From NCBI GenBank assembly GCA_951406725.2, contig OX597815.1, positions 80,786,001-80,850,000 of the forward strand: a stretch of 64,000 nucleotides of DNA, read 5' to 3'. Shown here one piece after another: positions 56,200 through 64,000 of this stretch. The DNA is from Octopus vulgaris (taxonomy: Eukaryota). The notes under the pieces were generated by a model. That model ran no database searches and was not told the origin of the DNA. It saw only the letters and a list, made by a program, of their open reading frames with translations. Numbering within the stretch: position 1 is the first letter of the stretch; each line of letters starts with the position of its first letter. The translations under genes and the position numbers were made by a program.

Positions 56200-56525
56200 T
56201 TAGATAGTTCCCCTCCGAGGCAGAAATCCAGACAAGGTTGTTTTTATGGAAGACCAGCAGTTGCCCATGTATACCAGTCTCCTCTCTTCATATCATCGAT
56301 GTGGTCCAATTGTTCGTGAAAGACCAGCAGTCGCCTATGTATAACAGACTCCCTTCACCACACTACCGATGTTGTTCAAACTGATACAGCTTGGCACTAG
56401 TGACCTTGCAATTCATTTCTACACCTGAGTGAATTGAAGCAAAGTGAAATAGAGTGTTTTGTTCAGGAACACAACACACAGCCTCACTATTCCAAGCCCG
56501 ACCCTCTAACTACAGAATCATGCAC
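56200..56525 (-). mobile_element. tRNA-derived SINE, fourth family (decayed)
   Basis: Similar to 61700-61958. Confidence 0.65.
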
Positions 56526-56941
56526 CTTCAAACACATACACACACGCATGCACACATACATACATACATACATACGTACATACATACATACATACATACA
56601 TACGTGAATACATACATGAATACATACATGAATACACATATATATGTGTGCGTGTGTATATGTATAAATATGCATTTCCATACACACACACACACACACA
56701 TTCATGTATGTATTAAAATGAATATAGAAAAATTTCGTAATACTATTACAATATTTGAAAACGGGTCTACTTAAATTAAAATTTATTACGTATATAAAAA
56801 TAGAAATTTAAAAAAAGCAGATAAACATACACCCGATGGGAGGAAGTTTTGTGTAAGTGATTTTCAGTTTTCAGCTTTTCAAACGCACGTGTTATAAAAT
56901 TAATCTGATCACGGATTACTGTCCATCAGGCCTGTCTTATT

Positions 56942-57146
56942 CTGCTGAAAGTTCCTGGTTTTGGATAAAAAAAAGAAAATAAAGGGGGATCAGTTAATTA
57001 TTCAACATATTCCCCTCTCAGATTCACACACTTATTGCAACAGTTCTTCAGTTTTTCTAAGCCTTGTAAAAGAGCTTAGAAGGTTGAGCTTCCGGCCAGG
57101 ACTTTCGCGACACTTTTAAAGCCAGGAACTTTTCAGTACAGCCACG
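56942..57146 (-). mobile_element. Mariner-derived MITE
   Basis: Same family as 13068-13284; antisense NKCVNLRGEYVE*. Confidence 0.85.
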
Positions 57147-57469
57147 TACATACACTGAACGAGTTTCTGAACAGTTTTTGTCCGCCAAATATTTCTCATA
57201 AAACGTTCTCCATCCCGAAGTTGTGGTTAAAGACATTTCTTCAAGGTTGCGCATAACGGAATCGATCTGGGAATTTCTTACCCTTTCAGGCATGTCAATG
57301 CAAACATATTTAGCAATTTTTTTACGTATAAATCATTTTGATCACACACCCCACGCACACACACACGCACACACGCGCACGCACACACGCGCACGCACAC
57401 ACACACATATATATATATATATGAGTGTGTGTATGTGTATGCATGTATGTATGTATATATGTACATATT

Positions 57470-57514
<45 letters not shown>

Positions 57515-57558
57515 ATATGTATATATATGTCTGTGTATATATACATATAAACATATGT

Positions 57559-57611
<53 letters not shown>

Positions 57612-58189
57612 CTTGTATGTACGTGTGTATGCGTATGTACATAATATATATTATATGCATCCACAAATAAATACATTCATACGTCCGTTCTTACATACAT
57701 ATGCACTTATCTCTGTGTGCAGGTACATGGATACGCGCCCTTATAGGAAAAGATTTACAACCGTCACTAGGAATAACTTAGGCTCCACTAATCCCTTTAT
57801 TTTCTTCAACTGAAAGCCTATACATCGTTGCCATAGACAGCAGTATAGTTGCAGAAGTGACAAGGGAGCCAAAGCTAGTCATGTATCAAGAGATTAATGA
57901 CAAATATGCTTCGACCCCCGTTATGTTAAATATTTGGTTTGTCAACACTGAATACTTAACATCATTAAAATACGAGTTGTTTACTTCAAAGCGGGTACCT
58001 ATAAAAGAAAATAATAATAAAAAGATTCCCCCTCACTCAAAGACCTAATCTGATTAACTTTTTAAAAGACATGCCCGTTGCTTTTGATGTTGACCATTAC
58101 GTACTGCCCTCGACTTCCAATATCAATCACTAGCCTCAGAAAGTCTGAAGGATCTATGGGTTTTGTTCCGTCACTTCAGAAGGAATAAT

Positions 58190-58787
58190 GATTTCAAATT
58201 TTGGCACAAAGCCAGCAACTTCTGGATGGAACGGGTAAATCGATTACATCGTCCCCAGTGCTCAACTGGCACTTATTTTATCGGCCCCGAAAGGATGAAA
58301 GACAAAGTCAGCCTTGTCGGAATTTGAAGAAATGCTGCTAAGCATTTTAGCCGTCGGGCCAACGATTCTGCTAGCTCGCCGCCTTATTAATAATAATAAT
58401 TCTTTCTACAATAAGCAGAGGGGTTGAAATTTCGTGGGGAGAGACCAGTTGATTATATCTATCCCGGTGCTCATTATTTTATAGGCTCTGAAAGGATGAA
58501 ATGCAAAGTCAACTTCAGCTGAATTTGAACTCAGAATGTAAAATCGAACCAAATACCGCTAAGTATTTTATCCAGCACTGTAACCATCCTGCCAATTCGC
58601 TGCCCTCTTTAGTAGTTTCGAATTTTGGCAAAAGGTCAGCACTAGAGAAGTTGATTACATCGAATGGATTACTCGACATATACTCATTTAACGACCCCAA
58701 AAGGATGAAAGACGTCTGCCTCGGCAGAATTTGAACTTGGGCCGTAAAGCAATTTTCTGGCGGGCTAACGGTTCTACCAGCTTGCCA
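58190..58787 (-). mobile_element. Three stacked MetaSINE-like SINEs
   Basis: Family match, head-to-tail. Confidence 0.85.
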
Positions 58788-58792
58788 TAAAA

Positions 58793-59225
58793 GATTCTAC
58801 TCAATACCACAGATTTGCTTGTCAGTTGTTCGATCTTAACCAGTCGAGCATGTCCCTTAGTGGCTGACGATATGTGCATCTCTGATCACGAGCATCATAG
58901 CTATGTGTTGAGATAAATTTATATGGAGTTTGAATAATTCACCTCTGGAAACAGGGGTGTTTCATTCAGCATCTTTAGGCAACCCTTTTTCAGGGACCAC
59001 TTGAGCGAGATGGGCTACTCGACCTGAAGAAAATTCTAACTGGGTCCTACTTGCAAAGTCATGCGATGTTTATCTTGATATGAGATCACCATGTCGCGCA
59101 CATATGGTTGTGATGCCTGTGCCTGGTGTACATTTATCAGACGGGTAGTCATGATGGGTATACTGGGCTTTGTATATTTTTACTCCAGTGTCACTTTGAT
59201 GGCATGCGCTGCTCTCTCACTCAAT
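58793..59225. mobile_element. Truncated copy of the 39866-40425 repeat
   Basis: Reverse-complement match. Confidence 0.85.
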
Positions 59226-59253
59226 AATGACAATAATCATAGTCATGAACGAA

Positions 59254-59775
59254 TACCCTAGACTTACCCAAAACCTACATTGGAAACTGTGTAAGAAGTG
59301 GGGGGGGGCTAGAGAGAGGCAAGACGTGGTATGAGCACAAATTGCAGCAAATGGTGGAGTCGGAGACCTGAAAGATCCAGTTGGATTTCCCAATCCGAAC
59401 AGATCATATGCCAGAGTTATAACAAACCGGACCTAGCTATATAGTTATATTGCGTGCCTTTTGAATCTTGAGTAATCAAGAAGGAAGGCGAAAGAAATAT
59501 ATAGATAAATACAATCCACTTAACTAAGAAATAGCCCGGCTATGGAAAATGATGAAGTTGAAGATAGTGTCAATTGTTGTTAGTCCTTGTAGACGGTATC
59601 AGAAGATATCAAGAGGAATATCAAGGAAATTGGAATAGAGTGCCCAGTAGAACTGTTACAAAAGGTTTGCCTGCTTGGCACGTTAGATTAATCAAGGAAG
59701 TATTAGATGTGAAGAACAGATATCATGGTATTATGCAAGACCCCATGTATCCCAAAGAAACCCGAATTAAAAATA
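59254..59775 (+). pseudogene. R4/Dong-like LINE restriction-like endonuclease domain remnant
   Basis: LHWKLCKKW..WYEHK..KIQLDFPIRTDH..KPDL..KKE..KY..EIARLWK..QKVCLLGT. Confidence 0.8.
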
Positions 59776-59781
59776 ATAACA

Positions 59782-60665
59782 ATCCTTTCTGCTAAAGGCA
59801 CAAGAACTGAAATTGTAGAGGGAGGGGTACTAGTCAATTACATCGACGCCAGTGTTTCACTGGTACTTAATTTGTCGACCCCGAAAGGATGAAAGGCAAA
59901 GTCGACTCCTGCAGAATTTGAACTCAGAACGTAGCAACTGATAAAATACTGCTAAGCATTTTGCCCGGCGTGCTAACGATTCTGCTAGCTCACCACCTTT
60001 AATAATAATAATCCTTTCTACTTTAGGCACAAGGCCTGAAATTTACTAGCTCGACGCCTTTAATAATGATAATAGTGGTTTCGAATGTTGCTACAAGGAC
60101 AGCAATTTAAAGAGTAGGACTGAGTCGATTACATCGACCCCAGTGCTCAACTGGTACTTATTTTATTGATCTTATTTTTACTCTAGGCACAGGGCCTGAA
60201 ATTTTGGGGGAGGGGGTAGTTGATTAGATCAACCCCAGTACGCAACAGGTACTTAATTTATCGACTCCGAAAGTTTGACAGGCAAAGTCCACCTCGGCGG
60301 AATTTGAACTCAAGACGTAAAGACAGACGAAATACCTATTTCTTTATTACCCACAAGGGGCTAAACATAGAGGGGACAAACAAGGACAGACAAACGGATT
60401 AAGTCGATTACATCGACCCCAGTGCGTAACTGGTACTTAATTTATCGACTCCGAAAGGATGAAAGGCAAAGTCGACCTCGACAGAATTTGAACTCAGAAC
60501 GTAACGGCAGACGAAATACTGCTTATCATTTCACCCGACGTGCTAACGTTTCTGCCGGCTCGCCGCCTTCGTATTTTTATTGATCTTGAAAGGATAAAAG
60601 ACATAGTCAACCTCTGCGGAATTTGAACGTTGCATGTAAAGAACCGGAAGGAATGTCATTAAGCA
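59782..60665 (-). mobile_element. Stack of MetaSINE-like SINEs including a full dimer (60178-60569)
   Basis: Family match. Confidence 0.88.
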
Positions 60666-60789
60666 TCTTTCCTTTTTTTTTTTTTTTTTTTTTTGACACG
60701 CTAAAAAATTCTTCCTTTGTTCGCAACTCAGAACAAATAATGAAAGCAAGCCAATGAAGTATCTCTCAGAGTTAATATTGGAACCGCTA

Positions 60790-61330
60790 TGCCGTTGCTC
60801 GACTAGTTACGGATATCATCCAAATAATTCCAAAATGGCACCATACTACTTATTCAAACATACTCATGGATTAGTTCAATGATTCACAAATGGTGTGCTG
60901 CATGGAATATCTTTGGATGCGCTTATCAAGTTCATCAAATGTCACAATCTTAGAAAAATGTGATATCACCAGCATCAAAAAGCATGCTGACGGGAATTCA
61001 GCGCAGATGAGTAGGACATGTACGAATGAAAGATGATCGAATTCCGAAAATTTTTTATGTATGGACAACAAGCAGAGGGATGCTGCAGCAAGGGAAGACT
61101 TGTCCTTAAGTACAAAGGTAAGTTGAAGCAATCATCACTAAAGCCTCTATACATCTTAATTTAACATCTTGGGAAAGTCAATGCCTAGATCAATCTGCAT
61201 AGAGTAAGATGAGTGATGATACATCAAAACAGTTTCAGTTGAAGAAAAAGAACGATGAAAGAATTATATGCTACAGTCGACAGACATCTTTAGCCAATCC
61301 CAGGCAAAATCAAAATCATCAATGCGACCT
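60790..61330 (+). pseudogene. RTE LINE C-terminal remnant
   Basis: LEKCDITSIK; GHVRMKDDRIPK; MYGQ..GR..KYK resembles GHVxRMxDxRIPK..YG..GRP..YKD. Confidence 0.78.
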
Positions 61331-61699
61331 CACAGTAAAATCCATACCGAGACTCAAATTACATTCACGCATGTAGCTTTTTTTTATTCTTTTATTTTTA
61401 AAGTCGATTTTTCTTTGTCTCACATTTTTCTTTTATTTGTTTTTTTAAAACCTCTCATTCAAATACGTCGAAATCGATTATATATATATGTGTGTGTGTG
61501 TGTGTGTCTGTGTGTGTGTATGTGTATGTATGTATGTATGTATGTATGTATGTATGTATGTATGTATGTATGTATATACATGTATTTATATCTTCAACTG
61601 AATCATATATATATATATGTGTGTACATATATAATTAAGATTCAGTTGAAGACATACATATATATATATCTGTGGGTGTCTGTGTGTGTGTGTGTATGT

Positions 61700-61958
61700 G
61701 TGAAGATGCTTAGCTCAGTGATTAGAGCGTCGGGCTCCCAATCATGAAGTAGTGGGTTCGATTCCCGAACCGGGCTGTGCGTTGTGTTCTTCAGCAAGAC
61801 ACTTTATTTCACGTTGCTGAAGTTCACTCAGCTGTAGAAATGAGTTTCGACATCACTGGTACCAAGCTGTATCGGCCTTTGCTTATCCCTCGGATAACAT
61901 CAGTGATATGGGAAGGAGAGACTTGTATGCTAGGGTGACTGCTGGTCATCCATAAACA
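61700..61958 (+). mobile_element. tRNA-derived SINE, fourth family
   Basis: A-box TAGCTCAGTGATTAGAGC, B-box GGTTCGATTCC, then GTGTTCTTCAGCAAGACACTTTA core. Confidence 0.85.
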
Positions 61959-62112
61959 AAAAAATTTGTTTGTCACTAACATGACAGTTTCGGCTCATGT
62001 ATTGAGCACTCTAATCATATTCGTGCAGCAAAAACCAGAACACACAGACACGCAAACACACAGGCACACACACGCACACCTATATATGATATGTGTCTAT
62101 GTTTGACACATA

Positions 62113-62520
62113 CTCTTTACTCTTTTTACTCTTTTACTTGTTTCAATCATTTGACTGTGGCCATGCTGGAGCACCGCCTTTAGTCGAGTAAATCGACCCC
62201 GGGACTTATTATTTGTAAGCCCAGTACTTATTTGTCGAACCGCTAAGTGACGGGGACGTAAACACACCAGCATCGGTTGTCAAGCAATGCTAGGAGGACA
62301 AACACAAACACACAAACATACACACACATACATATATATATATATATACATATATACGACAGGCTTCTTTCAGTTTCCGTCTACCAAATCCACTCATAAG
62401 GCATTGGTCGACCCGAGGCTATAGCAGAAGACAATTGCCCAAGATGCCACGCAGTAGAACTGAACCCGGAACCATGTGGTTGGTAAGCAAGCTACTTACC
62501 ACACAGCCACTCCTGCGCAT
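62113..62520 (-). mobile_element. Full-length OR-like CORE SINE
   Basis: Head GCGCAGGAGTGGCTGTGTGGTAAG, B-box, internal microsatellite, (AAAAGAGT)n tail. Confidence 0.9.
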
Positions 62521-62589
62521 ATTTATGTACGTAATTGCTTCGAATGAAAGAGGGAAAGAGAAAAATCAAGAAGAGCGTGATATGCGGAG

Positions 62590-62683
<94 letters not shown>

Positions 62684-63048
62684 AGTGGTGCGTAATGTAA
62701 TACTCCAGAATATGTACTTGATATTTTCACTTATCTTAAGTGAAGGCATTGAAATACCCGATTAAATGCATTGGTTGTAAACCAGGATATATGAAATCAT
62801 TAAGCAAATATTCCGCAGTATCTTCAGTATTCCTCTGTACAATCGGGCATCTGATTGGACAATTGAACGTATATCATTCTGAAGATAAGTTTGGATAAGC
62901 TCAGAAACGATAGGATCTTGAGGAATTTTGATATGGGCAAATCCAAGTAAACAATATTTGAAGATCATCGACAGCTCCAATAAATAGATAGATAAGGCTA
63001 AAAAGAATATGTAACAAACTTGAATATATCTGTTTACACATACACTAT

Positions 63049-63893
63049 CGTGGTCTGATCAATAAGTGTCCGGACTGTTGCTACAGAAACAAAGTGAAAG
63101 TATGCAAAGTGAAGCCGCTTGACACAGATTGATCTTCAACTCTGTTCGGCATGCGCACTAAGTTTTAACGTTCTAACTTACTTCCGCTGTTTATAGCAGT
63201 GATTGGAGGAGAGGTGTGTAGCGTGTGATCGTCGCATTGACAATGACAGAAAAAAGTTGAGCATTTGTCAAATGCTTGGCGATACCATTTCAGAGGCCTA
63301 CGCAAAGTCTTCAAAACGTTTTCATCGTTCACGACACAATCAAGGAGATTTTGTGCAACTGAAACCCCAATATCATTGTGGTTAGCTGAAAGCAGTTTTG
63401 GTATAAACTTGGCAGACACTCATCTCATACCCAAATCTTCAGTGATTATTGGACTGAACTGAACCGTGACTAATCTGCACATCGTCTGATAACTCACAGA
63501 TACTGATTCCAAGATTTCCCCTCACAGCTGCACGCATATCTGCGATGTTTTCCTCAGTTCTGCTGGTTGCGGGTCTCTGAAAATGTCAGTCAATATCGAC
63601 ATTTTTCCGGCTATCTTTGAAATGTCTAAATCACTCGTACACTTGTGTGCAGCTCATAACTTCCTCTCCGTACACTTTATGCAAATTAACGTAGGCCTCT
63701 GGGCAGGTATCGCCATGACAACTTTCTGTCGTAGTCAATGCAACGATTACACGCTACATACCTTCCTTCCAATTATTACTGTAAACAGCGGAAGTAAACC
63801 AGAACATTACAATTTAGGGCGCATGCACGGCAGAGTTCAAGGTCAATCTTTACCAAGCGGCTTTATTCTGCATGCTTTGGCTTCGTTACTATA

Positions 63894-63895
<2 letters not shown>
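63049..63895. mobile_element. Mariner-derived fold-back element, second copy
   Basis: Same layout and junction as 5997-6815; SAKFIPKLL; right terminus replaced or interrupted by (TA)n. Confidence 0.9.
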
Positions 63896-63969
<74 letters not shown>

Positions 63970-64000
63970 GTGATTATGTATGTAAGTAAGGACAGACCAC

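Noticed and set aside
58185-60665. CRISPR-like or satellite array
   Set aside because: Units are SINE copies of irregular length in eukaryotic DNA.
61705-61775. tRNA gene (also the heads at 36790-36855 and 53651-53740)
   Set aside because: No full cloverleaf; continues into SINE core and tail.

Overview
Repeat-saturated, AT-rich animal genomic DNA. The SINE families and extreme microsatellite load suggest an octopus (coleoid cephalopod) genome; this is an inference. I found no convincing host protein-coding exon, and most ORF-track entries are translations of (TA)n/(CA)n/(TATG)n/(TTA)n repeats. Mobile elements recognised: a decayed piggyBac (~10.4-12.6 kb); four Penelope-like retroelement (PLE) coding remnants (two Naiad-like, two Neptune-like); RTE-, R4/Dong- and Hero-like LINE remnants; mariner-derived fold-back elements and MITEs; hAT MITEs; Helitron/Helentron non-autonomous elements; and dozens of tRNA-derived SINEs. 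The most notable layer is a set of at least six minimal hammerhead-ribozyme motifs, plus several decayed, halved or permuted ones. They lie in short PLE pseudo-LTR-like repeats beside (TA)n tracts, and two fold-back elements appear to be built from hammerhead fragments. Coordinates were read by eye, so the ends of decayed elements are approximate.
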